The notes: generated by a model not told the origin, from the letters alone. Shown: positions 8,071-17,282, counted from the stretch's first letter. The stretch is 32,000 bases of DNA from Methanocaldococcus jannaschii DSM 2661 (GCF_000091665.1 NC_000909.1:182871-214870), one strand, 5' to 3'. Made by a program: numbers and translations.

Positions 8071-8244
8071 TTGAAATTAACAAAATTTGAGATTGCAAGG
8101 ATATTGGGAGCGAGAAGTTTGCAGATATCAAGTGGAGCATATGCAACAATAGAAACAAAATGTGATAGCTCATTGAAAATAGCTTATGAAGAAATTAAAC
8201 AAGGAAAAGTTCCTTTAAAACCAATAAGACCGGTAAAAGCTTAA
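8071..8244 (+). CDS. rpoK: DNA-directed RNA polymerase subunit K (Rpo6)
   Basis: Not in the ORF track (57 aa, TTG start 3 nt after GAGGTGAGATA). Translation: LKLTKFEIARILGARSLQISSGAYATIETKCDSSLKIAYEEIKQGKVPLKPIRPVKA*. The core TKFE-ARI-GARSLQIS-GA is the Rpo6/omega signature, and the gene holds the conserved position after rpoN/tRNA-Pro. Confidence 0.85.
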   Translation: MKLTKFEIARILGARSLQISSGAYATIETKCDSSLKIAYEEIKQGKVPLKPIRPVKA

Positions 8245-8254
8245 TTGTTTTTAA

Positions 8255-8394
8255 CTACAGTGGGGCTGAACGTAGTGAAGCTCCACTCTGAGGTATAGTA
8301 ATCGCCCATGGGCGAGTAATGAAACCGAAGCGTAGCTTCGAGCTACAAAATCCAAAGGATTTTGTTAAATCCGTAGGATTTCATCTGATAGGAG
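8255..8394 (+). ncRNA. candidate structured RNA (GC-rich multi-hairpin element) in the rpoK to enolase-like intergenic region
   Basis: By my count, 46 of 88 nt are G/C (52%) in 8259-8346, against AT-rich flanks. There are at least five stable hairpins (details in findings). One G.U pair (8264/8282) is valid only on the + strand. A T6 run at 8422-8427 lies downstream. No protein-coding frame is present. Confidence 0.35.
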
Positions 8395-8444
8395 AAGGCA
8401 TAAACAATTAAATTATAATTATTTTTTAATTGAGGTGGATGTAA

Positions 8445-9389
8445 TTGACAAATGTTATTATTGAAAAAATAAGTGCAAAAGAAGTTTTTAAAGGAGCTAA
8501 AATTAAGGTAATGATTACAACAATGACAAATATTTCTATTGGCTATGACATCATTGAAGTGAATAATCCAGAGGAAGCAATAGCTGATGTTGAAAATGTT
8601 ATAGCCCCAGAACTCATTGGATATCCAGCAACTGACATTGATTTTATTGATTCATTAATTTGTGAAACATCAGTTAATAATCCTACTGTAGCAATGGGAA
8701 TTTCTATTAGCGTAGCAAGAGCGGCTTCAAACAGCTTAGATATTCCTTTATTTAAATTTTTAGGGGGAGCTTTAACAACTGAACTACCAATAGTTGCTTC
8801 TGGCATATTAGTTGATAAAGATAAGAATGAGTTAATTCCAATAGTCATGGCTGATTCCATTGAAGATATAGTTAATTTATATCTAAAGCTCACAGATGTC
8901 TTATCTCATGATTATAGTATTGTAAATATTGATGGAGCATACACATGCAAGGACATATTTAATGAAATTCCAAAGATTAGGAATTTGATAGATGAAATTA
9001 AAGAAGATGAGGATTTAGATATATTATTGGGACTTAGTTCTAAAAAGGAAACTGTTAAAGATAAGGATTTATCTCAGATTGATTACTTAGAGGTTGAAGA
9101 GCCTGTTGAATTTGATGGATTTCTATGCACGGACAGCATTTATGAGGAAAGTGATTTTGTTAAAGTTTTCCCATATGAAATGGGAACAATAACTGAGATG
9201 TATTATTACATAAACTACATTATGGATAAAGGGCTTTATCCAGTAATATTTGGAAATAACTCATCATTTGCTCACATTGCAGTTAGTTTCAAGGTTCCTT
9301 TTTTAAGACCTAAGCTATCTTCAAATGTGCTAAATGAAGTTTGGAACATAGAGAGAACCATAATGAATCCAAATATAAGGAGGTTTTAG
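8445..9389 (+). CDS. enolase-like protein, degenerate (probably non-catalytic paralogue)
   Basis: TTG start 5 nt after GAGGTGGA. The 314-aa product is collinear with enolase. ISAKEVFKGAKIKVMITT corresponds to the N-terminal strand region. NPTVAMGISISVARAASNSLDIPLFKFLGG corresponds to GANAILGVSLAVARAAA..PLY.YLGG. MGTITEMYYYINYIMDKG corresponds to IGTLTET..A. The SHRSGET motif, the GDEGG motif and about 115 residues are missing. Confidence 0.7.
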   Translation: MTNVIIEKISAKEVFKGAKIKVMITTMTNISIGYDIIEVNNPEEAIADVENVIAPELIGYPATDIDFIDSLICETSVNNPTVAMGISISVARAASNSLDIPLFKFLGGALTTELPIVASGILVDKDKNELIPIVMADSIEDIVNLYLKLTDVLSHDYSIVNIDGAYTCKDIFNEIPKIRNLIDEIKEDEDLDILLGLSSKKETVKDKDLSQIDYLEVEEPVEFDGFLCTDSIYEESDFVKVFPYEMGTITEMYYYINYIMDKGLYPVIFGNNSSFAHIAVSFKVPFLRPKLSSNVLNEVWNIERTIMNPNIRRF

Positions 9390-9421
9390 CTCCATATTTT
9401 ATTTTAAATTTTAATTATTGT

Positions 9422-9492
9422 TTTCCGATATCATTTCCGATAATTATATATATCAAGTAGTAATCTTAATCAATTATTAAATCAATTATTAA
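9422..9492 (+). promoter_or_regulatory. ferredoxin promoter region: two pairs of 12-nt-phased direct repeats flanking a TATA-like box
   Basis: TTTCCGATA occurs at 9422-9430 and 9434-9442. TAATTATATATATC lies at 9441-9454. ATCAATTATTAA is perfectly tandem at 9469-9480 and 9481-9492. The gene start is at 9512. Confidence 0.3.
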
Positions 9493-9511
9493 CATTTTAG
9501 AGGTGGTAATA

Positions 9512-9700
9512 ATGGCTGTAACAATAGATTACAGCTTATGTAAAGGGGCAGAGTGTGCAGAATGTGTAAATAACTGCCCAATGGAAGTTTTTGAAATTGA
9601 GGGAGATAAAGTAGTTGTTGCAAGACCTGATGACTGCACTTATTGTGGAGTCTGTGAAGATGTCTGTCCAACAGGAGCTGTAAAAGTTGAACCAGAATAA
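9512..9700 (+). CDS. small ferredoxin (two Fe-S cluster motifs)
   Basis: MAVTIDYSLCKGAECAECVNNCP...CTYCGVCEDVCP. The first motif has unusual C-x4-C-x2-C-x3-CP spacing; the second is the canonical C-x2-C-x2-C-x3-CP. ATG 9512 follows AGAGGTGGT. The track start at 9503 is a GTG inside the SD. Confidence 0.85.
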   Translation: MAVTIDYSLCKGAECAECVNNCPMEVFEIEGDKVVVARPDDCTYCGVCEDVCPTGAVKVEPE

Positions 9701-9745
9701 AAGAGCAAATTTAAATTCTTTTCTGTTATTTTGTAAAATCTTTTT

Positions 9746-9994
9746 TTATTGTTCCATTTCTTCCAATGCTTTAAACAATTCTTCCCAAGCTTCTAAACTT
9801 AATTTAGCATCTTCTTCACTTAAAACTTCTAAAGCATAGCCAGTGTGGATTAATATATAATCTCCTATTTTAACCTCCTTATCTAAAAGTGTTAATTTTG
9901 CCTTTTGCTTAACTCCTTTATATTCAGCTATTGCGTATTTCTCTCCATCTTCCTCTATAATCTCAACAACCTTACATGGAATTGCCAGACACAT
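9746..9994 (-). CDS. hypC: [NiFe]-hydrogenase maturation chaperone HypC/HupF
   Basis: 82 aa with the N-terminal MCLAIPCKV signature of HypC. SD GGTGAT lies upstream. Confidence 0.9.
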
Positions 9995-10130
9995 TTTATC
10001 ACCAAAAATAAATTACAGTCTTTTAATATAAAATTCTGTTTATGAAATTATCTGTTTTTAGTATTAATAAAAATGTTTTTTATTGCTTTTTAAGTATTTA
10101 ACTAAATCTAATTAATATAAACTGCACCTA

Positions 10131-10613
10131 TCAAAAATGAATATGGTCTTTTAAAACAAATGGTAAAATAACCATCCCATGCCTAATCAATCTACTTAAA
10201 AAAACTGCAATCATATATCTCTCAAATGGCATTTCAAAACTCCCACAAACCCAGCATATAACCTCAAAAGGAATTGGTGTAAAGCTTGCAATTATAACTC
10301 CCAAAATTCCCCATTTTTTTAAATAATGACTTCCCTTTTTTATTTTTTCTTCATCAAATAATTTTAACATTAACTTTTCCCCATACTTTTTTGCAAGATA
10401 ATATGTAACGACAGCCCCAAAATTACAGGCAATTGTTGATATAAGCCAAACTAATTTCCAATCTAACCCTAATAAAATACCTGCTATAATAAATATCTCT
10501 GTTGGGAATGGTTGAAATATTGGCTCAGAAAATCCAACCAAAAATATACCAAAATACCCATAATCCTTTATAAGGTTTAATAAGAATTCTTTAAATAGTT
10601 CAAGGTTAATCAT
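10131..10613 (-). CDS. DedA/YqaA-like (VTT domain) integral membrane protein
   Basis: 160 aa with 4-5 hydrophobic segments. The pattern GYFGIFLVGFSEPIFQPFPTE...YYLAKKYG resembles the DedA/SNARE-associated family. This is a family-level guess only. Confidence 0.55.
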   Translation of the reverse strand: MINLELFKEFLLNLIKDYGYFGIFLVGFSEPIFQPFPTEIFIIAGILLGLDWKLVWLISTIACNFGAVVTYYLAKKYGEKLMLKLFDEEKIKKGSHYLKKWGILGVIIASFTPIPFEVICWVCGSFEMPFERYMIAVFLSRLIRHGMVILPFVLKDHIHF

Positions 10614-10705
10614 ATTTATCGCCGTATTGTTTAAGAGTTTGAAGATTTATTTATAACTTATCTTAAAATTTGGTCTTACTAATTCTTAAATTTCATGGTG
10701 AGAGT

Positions 10706-11584
10706 GTGAAAATAAAACCAGAATGTGCTATCTGTATAATAAGGCAGGTCGTTGATGCCGCTAATGAGATAACAGATGATGAAAGAGAGCAGTTTAGATT
10801 AATAAAAAGTACTATGGAAGTTATTAAAGATGTTTATGGTGAGAGTGCGGTTCCAGCATGGATGGGGACTGTAGTGCATAGATATTTAAAGAAAATTAGC
10901 AACAACAACGACCCTTACAAAAATTTGAAAGAGAAGGCAAACAAAATAGCCCTTCAGTATTTAGATAAAGTTAGGGAGATGAGTAATACAGATGATGAGC
11001 TTGAAAGATTGAGAAAGAAGGTTTTAGCAACAATTGCAGGAAACGTTATTGACTTTGGAGCTTACAGCACAGGGATAAATATTGAAAAGTTAATTGAAGA
11101 CACATTAAATGGGGAGTTAAAGATAGACAACAGCAGAAAGCTCTTAAATGATTTAAAAGATAAAAACATAAAAAAGATTTTGTATATATGTGATAACGCT
11201 GGAGAGATTATTTTTGATAGGGTTTTAATGGAAGAGATTAAAAAATATGATAAAGATATCGTTGCAGTAGTTAAAGGAAAACCAATTCTAAACGATGCTA
11301 CATTAGAAGATGCAAAGATAGCCAAGATTGATGAGATAGCCAAGGTTATAACAACCGGCTCAGATATCATTGGAATTATTTTAGAAGAGTGTTCAGAAGA
11401 ATTTTTGAAAGAGTTTGAAAGTGCTGATTTAATCATTGCTAAGGGAATGGGTAATTATGAAAGTTTAACAGAATATGAAGATAAGATAGATAAACCAATC
11501 TATTATATATTGAAAGCTAAATGCAAACCAGTTGCTGAAAATATTGGTGTCGATGTAGGGGATAATGTTTTGTTAAAAAGATAA
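10706..11584 (+). CDS. DUF89 (ARMT1-like) family protein, putative damage-control phosphatase
   Basis: CDNAGEIIFD and AKGMGNYESL motifs plus the N-terminal ECAICIIRQ are characteristic of DUF89. The likely start is GTG 10706, just after CATGGTGAGA. The track start at 10670 has no SD. Confidence 0.7.
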   Translation: MKIKPECAICIIRQVVDAANEITDDEREQFRLIKSTMEVIKDVYGESAVPAWMGTVVHRYLKKISNNNDPYKNLKEKANKIALQYLDKVREMSNTDDELERLRKKVLATIAGNVIDFGAYSTGINIEKLIEDTLNGELKIDNSRKLLNDLKDKNIKKILYICDNAGEIIFDRVLMEEIKKYDKDIVAVVKGKPILNDATLEDAKIAKIDEIAKVITTGSDIIGIILEECSEEFLKEFESADLIIAKGMGNYESLTEYEDKIDKPIYYILKAKCKPVAENIGVDVGDNVLLKR

Positions 11585-11704
11585 AAAGATAATAGTATAA
11601 GACTTTCTGTAGTTTAAATATTCCATAATGCAAATTGGATGTTTAAAAAATTTTTATTCCTACAAAAATCGTATAGTTATTGAAACAAATAATGAGGAGA
11701 TATT

Positions 11705-12757
11705 ATGGTTACTTACAAAGATGCAGGAGTAGATATATCTCACGAAGATAAAGTAATTAAAGCCTTAGTTTCACAGATAACATTTAAGAGAAGTGATATA
11801 AAACCAGCTGAGTTAGGATTGCACTATGCAGGAGCTGTTGAGTTTGGAGATTATTATTTAGTTTTATCTACAGATGGTGTTGGAAGTAAGATGATAGTTG
11901 CAGAGATGGCTAATAAATTTGATACCGTTGGAATTGACATGATTGCTATGAATGTAAATGATGCCATCTGTATTGGGGCAGAGCCTATAGCGTTGGTTGA
12001 TTACTTAGCAGTTGGACATATAACCGAAGAGATAGCTGAGCAAATAGGAAAAGGATTAAATGAAGGAGCTAAAGAGGCAAATATAAACATTGTTGGTGGT
12101 GAAACAGCTACACTACCAGATATGATTAAAGGTATTGATTTAGCAGGAACTGTGTTAGCAATAGTTAAGAAGGATGAAATCATAACTGGAAAGGATGTTA
12201 AAGCTGGAGATGTGATTGTTGGTTTAAGAAGCTCTGGAATACATAGCAATGGGTTATCATTGGCAAGGAAGGTATTTTTTGACATAGCTAAGTTAGACAT
12301 TAATGACAAACTCTCTTATGGAAAGACAGTTGCTGAAGAGCTTTTAACACCAACAAGGATTTATGTAAAGCCAGTTTTGGAGATGATTAGAGATAAAGAT
12401 ATAGAAGTTAAGGGTTTAGCCCACATAACTGGAGGAAGTTTTAGAAAGCTTAAAAGATTGAATGATAAAGTAACTTACTATATTGACAACCTTCCAGAGC
12501 CATTACCAATATTTAAAGAGATTCAAAGATTGGGTAATGTGCCTGATGAAGAGATGTTTAGAACGTTTAATATGGGTATTGGATTCTGTGTAATTGTTGA
12601 TGAAGAAGATGCCAACAAAGTTATAAAAATAGCTAATAAATATAATATCCCAGCCCAAGTAATAGGTAGAGTTGTTGATAGCTTAGAGGTTAATGGAAAT
12701 AAGATTGTTGGTAAAGCTGTTGTTAAATATAATGATAAGCATATAATATTAGAATAA
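11705..12757 (+). CDS. purM: phosphoribosylformylglycinamidine cyclo-ligase (AIR synthetase) PurM
   Basis: YKDAGVDI N-terminus, STDGVGSK, and length of 350 aa. SD GAGGAGA is present. Confidence 0.95.
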   Translation: MVTYKDAGVDISHEDKVIKALVSQITFKRSDIKPAELGLHYAGAVEFGDYYLVLSTDGVGSKMIVAEMANKFDTVGIDMIAMNVNDAICIGAEPIALVDYLAVGHITEEIAEQIGKGLNEGAKEANINIVGGETATLPDMIKGIDLAGTVLAIVKKDEIITGKDVKAGDVIVGLRSSGIHSNGLSLARKVFFDIAKLDINDKLSYGKTVAEELLTPTRIYVKPVLEMIRDKDIEVKGLAHITGGSFRKLKRLNDKVTYYIDNLPEPLPIFKEIQRLGNVPDEEMFRTFNMGIGFCVIVDEEDANKVIKIANKYNIPAQVIGRVVDSLEVNGNKIVGKAVVKYNDKHIILE

Positions 12758-12856
12758 AAATAAATTATCTTTTTAATTTTACTAATTCTTCTTAATTTTC
12801 TTCTTTCTTTTTATTTATTTGCTAAAAGTCTAAAAAACTAAAAAAGGGTTTTTAAT

Positions 12857-14272
12857 ATGTGTGGGATATTTGGAATCTACTCTTATGAAAGGTTAAATGT
12901 AGCTAAAAAAATTTATTATGGGTTGTTTGCTTTACAGCATAGAGGGCAGGAAGGGGCTGGAATTGCTACAAGTGATGGGAAAAATATACACTACTATAAA
13001 AATATTGGATTAGTTACAGATGTTTTTAAAAATGAGACATTACAAAACTTATTTGGCTATATTGGAATTGGACATGTAAGATATTCAACAACGGGAGGAA
13101 AGGCTGTTGAAAACTGTCAGCCGTTTGTAGTTAAAAGTTCATTTGGTAATATAGCTATAGCCCATAATGGAGATTTAGTAAATTCAGACGAATTAAGAAG
13201 AGAATTAGAGATGAAGGGGCATATATTCACTTCTTCAACTGACTCTGAAGTTATAGCTCAACTTTTGGTTAGAGAATTGTTAAAAACATCTGATAAGATT
13301 GAGGCAATAAAAAATACATTAAAAAAGCTCGTTGGAGCTTATTCACTTTTAATAATGTTTAATGATTCCTTAATTGCAGTAAGAGACCCTTGGGGCTTTA
13401 AACCATTGTGTATTGGAAGAGATGAGAGCAATATCTATATATCATCTGAGGATTGTGCATTAACAACCTTAGATGCTGAATTTGTTAAAGATATTGAGCC
13501 AGGAGAAATTATAGAAATTAAAGACGGGGAAATAATATCTCATAAATTAGATTATGGTGTTTCTGAATACAACCCTGTGAATGTCGATGTGCCATGTATA
13601 TACAGAGGAGCGGCAACTTGTATGTTTGAGTATGTGTATTTTGCAAGACCTGACTCAACAATTGATGGTATTAGCGTCTATAAGGTTAGAAAGAGGATTG
13701 GAAAAATTTTGGCTAAAGAACATCCAGTAGATGCTGATGTTGTTTCTCCAATCCCCGATTCAGGAGTCACATTTGCCTTAGGATTTTCTGAAGAGTCAGG
13801 GATTCCATACTATGAAGGTTTAATAAAGAACAGATATGTTGGAAGAACTTTTATTCTTCCATCCCAAAATGAGAGAGAATTGGCAGTAAGGTTAAAATTA
13901 AGTCCAGTAAAAAGTGTATTGGAAGGGAAGAGGGTTGTTTTGGTTGATGATAGTATTGTTAGAGGAACAACATCAAGAAGAATTGTAAATATGGTTAGAA
14001 AAGCTGGAGCTAAGGAGGTGCATTTAAGAATTGGCTGTCCTAAGATTATATCCCCTTGCTATTATGGTATAGATATGGCTACTAAAAAGGAACTTATTGC
14101 CTCAAACAAAACAGAAGAAGAGATAGGGAAAGCTATTGGAGTTGATTCTATTGGATATTTATCATTAGAGGGATTAGTTAAAGCTATAGGTAGAAAAGAT
14201 TTATGTTTAGCTTGTGTAACTGGAAAATATCCAACTGAAGTTAATTTTGAAAAGATATTGGGGAGAGAATAA
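12857..14272 (+). CDS. purF: amidophosphoribosyltransferase PurF
   Basis: MCGIFGI (Ntn catalytic Cys directly after Met), PRTase loop [13 protein letters not shown], and Cys ligands for an Fe-S cluster in the C-terminal half. Confidence 0.95.
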   Translation: MCGIFGIYSYERLNVAKKIYYGLFALQHRGQEGAGIATSDGKNIHYYKNIGLVTDVFKNETLQNLFGYIGIGHVRYSTTGGKAVENCQPFVVKSSFGNIAIAHNGDLVNSDELRRELEMKGHIFTSSTDSEVIAQLLVRELLKTSDKIEAIKNTLKKLVGAYSLLIMFNDSLIAVRDPWGFKPLCIGRDESNIYISSEDCALTTLDAEFVKDIEPGEIIEIKDGEIISHKLDYGVSEYNPVNVDVPCIYRGAATCMFEYVYFARPDSTIDGISVYKVRKRIGKILAKEHPVDADVVSPIPDSGVTFALGFSEESGIPYYEGLIKNRYVGRTFILPSQNERELAVRLKLSPVKSVLEGKRVVLVDDSIVRGTTSRRIVNMVRKAGAKEVHLRIGCPKIISPCYYGIDMATKKELIASNKTEEEIGKAIGVDSIGYLSLEGLVKAIGRKDLCLACVTGKYPTEVNFEKILGRE

Positions 14273-14533
14273 CTATCTTTTATCCATACAGTCAATATAA
14301 TATTTATCAATATTGCGTAATATCGTCAGTGCTTCATTATTTATTTTTCTTCATACCCTTGAGTCGCTTTCTTAGCTTCTTTTAAAAATTCGTTGTCAGG
14401 TAGAGATAACAAATAATCTTTTGAAAGGTTTTTTCAAAATAAACCCGTTTATATTATATTACTAATAAATTCTACCAAATCTTTAATAGTAAAATAAAGA
14501 AATAGAATAAAAAAGATATTTTCTTAATTTAAT

Positions 14534-15580
14534 TTATATGTATTTCTTAACAAAATATTCCGCATTTAACACACTTGCCCCAGCAGCTCCTCTGATTGTA
14601 TTATGCTCTAACGCAGTGTATTTAACATCAAATATTGGGTCTTTTCTTATTCTACCAACAACGATACTCATTCCATTTCCTTCATTTCTATCTAATCTTG
14701 GTTGTGGCCTATCTATCTCTTCTCTAATAACAATTGGTTTAGCATAGGTTGGGAGGTTTAAATCCTTCAACGGGTCGAATTTGTCCATAACCTCTTTTAT
14801 CTCTTCTGGCTCAGCTCCTTCTTTTGTTTTGACGAATATGCTTTCAGTATGCCCATCTATAACTGCAACCCTATTGCATGAGGCACTTATTTTAAAGTTC
14901 GCAAGCTCAACTTTTCCATCTTTTAAAGTTCCTAAAAGCTTTAAGCTCTCTGTTTGCATTTTTTCTTCTTCATTTTTAATAAATGGAATTAAATTGTCTA
15001 AGATTGCCATTGAAGGAACGCCATTATAACCTGCTCCACTAACTGCCTGCATTGTTGCTATAAAAACAGCCTCTAAGCCAAATTTATCCATTATTGGTTT
15101 TAAGGTTATGACAGCACAGATTGTTGAACAGTTGGGGTTTGTTATAATTGCTCCATCCCATCCTCTCTTTTCTCTCTGAATTTCTATCAACTCCAAGTGG
15201 TCTGCATTAACCTCAGGAATTACCAATGGAACATCCTCTTCCATTCTATAAGCTGATGCGTTAGAGAAAATCAACTTCCCTTCCTTAGCAAATTCTGGCT
15301 CAAACTTTTTAGCTAAATCTGATGGTAAAGCTGAGAAGACAATATCAACATCTTCAAACTCCTCATGCTTAGGGTCTGTTGGAATAACAACCATATCCTT
15401 TATATTTTCTGGAATATCTCTATCTTGGAACCAATAACATGCATCTTTATACTTTTTCCCAGCACTTCTCTCTGATGCTGCTAAAGCTGTTAATTCAAAC
15501 ATTGGATGGTCTGCCAACAATTGGACAAATCTCTGCCCCACGCTTCCAGTAGCTCCTAAGACACCAACTTTTATCTTCAT
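14534..15580 (-). CDS. asd: aspartate-semialdehyde dehydrogenase
   Basis: [18 protein letters not shown] Rossmann N-terminus and active-site NPNCSTI. ATG 15580 follows AAAGGTGAAAAG. The track start at 15598 would overlap the upstream gene and lacks an SD. Confidence 0.9.
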
Positions 15581-15590
15581 CTTTTCACCT

Positions 15591-15998
15591 TTAGACAATT
15601 ATCTTAAAAATCAACTCTTTCCCTTCTTTTAATTTTTTTACTATCTCTCTATTAATATCTTTTGCTGATTTATTTGCATTAATCATTAGTGTTCTTGGGC
15701 ATATATAATTACTCTTTCTAATAACCATGTCTGTTGGATGGTTTAAAATTAAATCTTTATGCCCCTCTCCAATTATAGTGTCTTTTATTCCTTCAACTTC
15801 AATCTCTACAATTATTTTTTTAGCATTTCTAAGCTTTTCCTTAAATTCTTCACTAAAATCAGTCATAGATTTATCTGCATCTATTCCTATAATGCAGTGT
15901 CCTGTTGGAGTTAAATAATCCTCTTTTGTAATCTCTAAGGTTGTTTTATGGGTAGCTGAGACATTTTTATGCCCTTTAGCTTTGATAATAAATTCCAT
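15591..15998 (-). CDS. conserved archaeal hypothetical protein (recalls the DUF371 family)
   Basis: 135-aa ORF with SD GAGGGAT. Its stop is 10 nt before the asd start, and the asd SD overlaps that stop. The DUF371 label is from memory of [22 protein letters not shown]-type N-termini. Confidence 0.6.
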
Positions 15999-16093
15999 TA
16001 ATATCCCTCATAAAATTATTTAAAGGTATATAATATTTATAATCATATATATCTTCCTATACATCTGTATAAAAAACACTACAGGGTGGTAAC

Positions 16094-16549
16094 ATGGTTC
16101 TATATAAAATTAGAAGATCAAAAAACGATCCCTGTCCATCAATACCTTCAGCGGTAATTATAGGATATTCTGTTGGATTAAAATTAATTACTGGACATGG
16201 AGCTCAGAGCTTAAGCAATATGGCTGGTTCTTATGCTGGAAAGGAATTGGGAATTTACGCAATGAATAATGGTTATGAATTTAAGGATATTAAAGATATT
16301 GAAAGATTTCTTAACCAGTTAGATTTTGCAAAGATAGAGATGAATGAGGAAGAGGATGAAATTATAGTAAAGATATCAAAATGCAATCTCTGCCCAAAGA
16401 GAATTTGTGGCTATGAATTTGAAGGAACAGCATGCCCTTGGGGAGGATTGTTAATTGGATTTATAAGTGAAACTTTAAAGTATAATTTAGGCTACCAAAT
16501 GAATTTAAAGCCAGCTGAAACATGTATTATTAAATTAAAGAAGAAATAA
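16094..16549 (+). CDS. hypothetical protein, possibly V4R-domain (small-molecule binding) like
   Basis: 151-aa ORF with SD AGGGTGGT. The C-terminal Cys/Gly pattern CNLCPKRICGYEFEGTACPWGGLLIGF is reminiscent of V4R domains. The functional call is weak. Confidence 0.5.
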   Translation: MVLYKIRRSKNDPCPSIPSAVIIGYSVGLKLITGHGAQSLSNMAGSYAGKELGIYAMNNGYEFKDIKDIERFLNQLDFAKIEMNEEEDEIIVKISKCNLCPKRICGYEFEGTACPWGGLLIGFISETLKYNLGYQMNLKPAETCIIKLKKK

Positions 16550-16552
16550 AAC

Positions 16553-17269
16553 TTATCTAATATTAAAAAACTCCAAAATCTCATAAGGATGCTTTAATAC
16601 AATAACATCCTCCAACTCCATCAATTTTCTTGTATTTTCAGCATCTATCTTTCTAACCCTCATCTTAATCTCTTTTCCCTCAATTATTGCATTATAAGGG
16701 CAAACTTTTTTACAATTTCCACATCCTAAGCATTTAGATAATAATATCTCAACAAAATTATCCCTCTTAACTATAGCTCCATTTGGACAGACGTTTATAC
16801 ATTTTAAACAGAGTTTGCATTTCTTTTTATCAATTGCATAAGGAAGTTTTGTTGTTACAATCCCAGCTTTATAATCAACTGGAACTATTAAAGATTTAAC
16901 AAATCCTTTCCCTGCCTGAGCTATAGCATTTGTTACTAAGCTATCTGCAATGCCATTAACAACCTTAGCAACGGTATTTCCAGTAGCTGGTGAGCAAATT
17001 AAATAATCATACTTTCCTAAGCTCAATCTTCCAGTGATTGGTGATGAGTAAGGATGTTCTCTCTCCAATATAAGCTCTTCATAATAATTTCCATTAGAGA
17101 TATTATACAATTCCCCAAACAACCCATACATCTTTACAACTTCCTCTCCAGCCCTTGAAACTAAGGTAGTTACCTTCAAATCTTCAATTTCTTCTTTTAA
17201 TCGTTTCATTACTTGGAAGCTCTCCCTCAACAAATGCCCCGCTCCTGTAATACACCAAACTATCTTCAT
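16553..17269 (-). CDS. flavoprotein (HFCD-like fold) fused to a 2x[4Fe-4S] ferredoxin domain; DmrX-like dihydromethanopterin reductase candidate
   Basis: MKIVWCITGAGH...SPATGNTVAKV flavoprotein motifs, then CKLCLKCINVCP and CLGCGNCKKVCP. An alternative start at 17293 (MNYRFGIN-) would overlap the upstream gene by 11 nt. The DmrX assignment is from recollection of work on MJ0208. Confidence 0.65.
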   Translation of the reverse strand: MKIVWCITGAGHLLRESFQVMKRLKEEIEDLKVTTLVSRAGEEVVKMYGLFGELYNISNGNYYEELILEREHPYSSPITGRLSLGKYDYLICSPATGNTVAKVVNGIADSLVTNAIAQAGKGFVKSLIVPVDYKAGIVTTKLPYAIDKKKCKLCLKCINVCPNGAIVKRDNFVEILLSKCLGCGNCKKVCPYNAIIEGKEIKMRVRKIDAENTRKLMELEDVIVLKHPYEILEFFNIR

Positions 17270-17282
17270 ATTTATCCCAAAC

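Noticed and set aside
8266-8388. C/D-box sRNA interpretation of the GC-rich element (three CUGA motifs at 8266, 8288 and 8385; GUGAAG and AAUGAAA as C-like boxes)
   Set aside because: There is no proper RUGAUGA box. The box spacing is incompatible with ~12-nt guides (6 nt between the C-like box and the first CUGA, about 60 nt for the second pair). The region is dominated by internal hairpins, which C/D guides lack.
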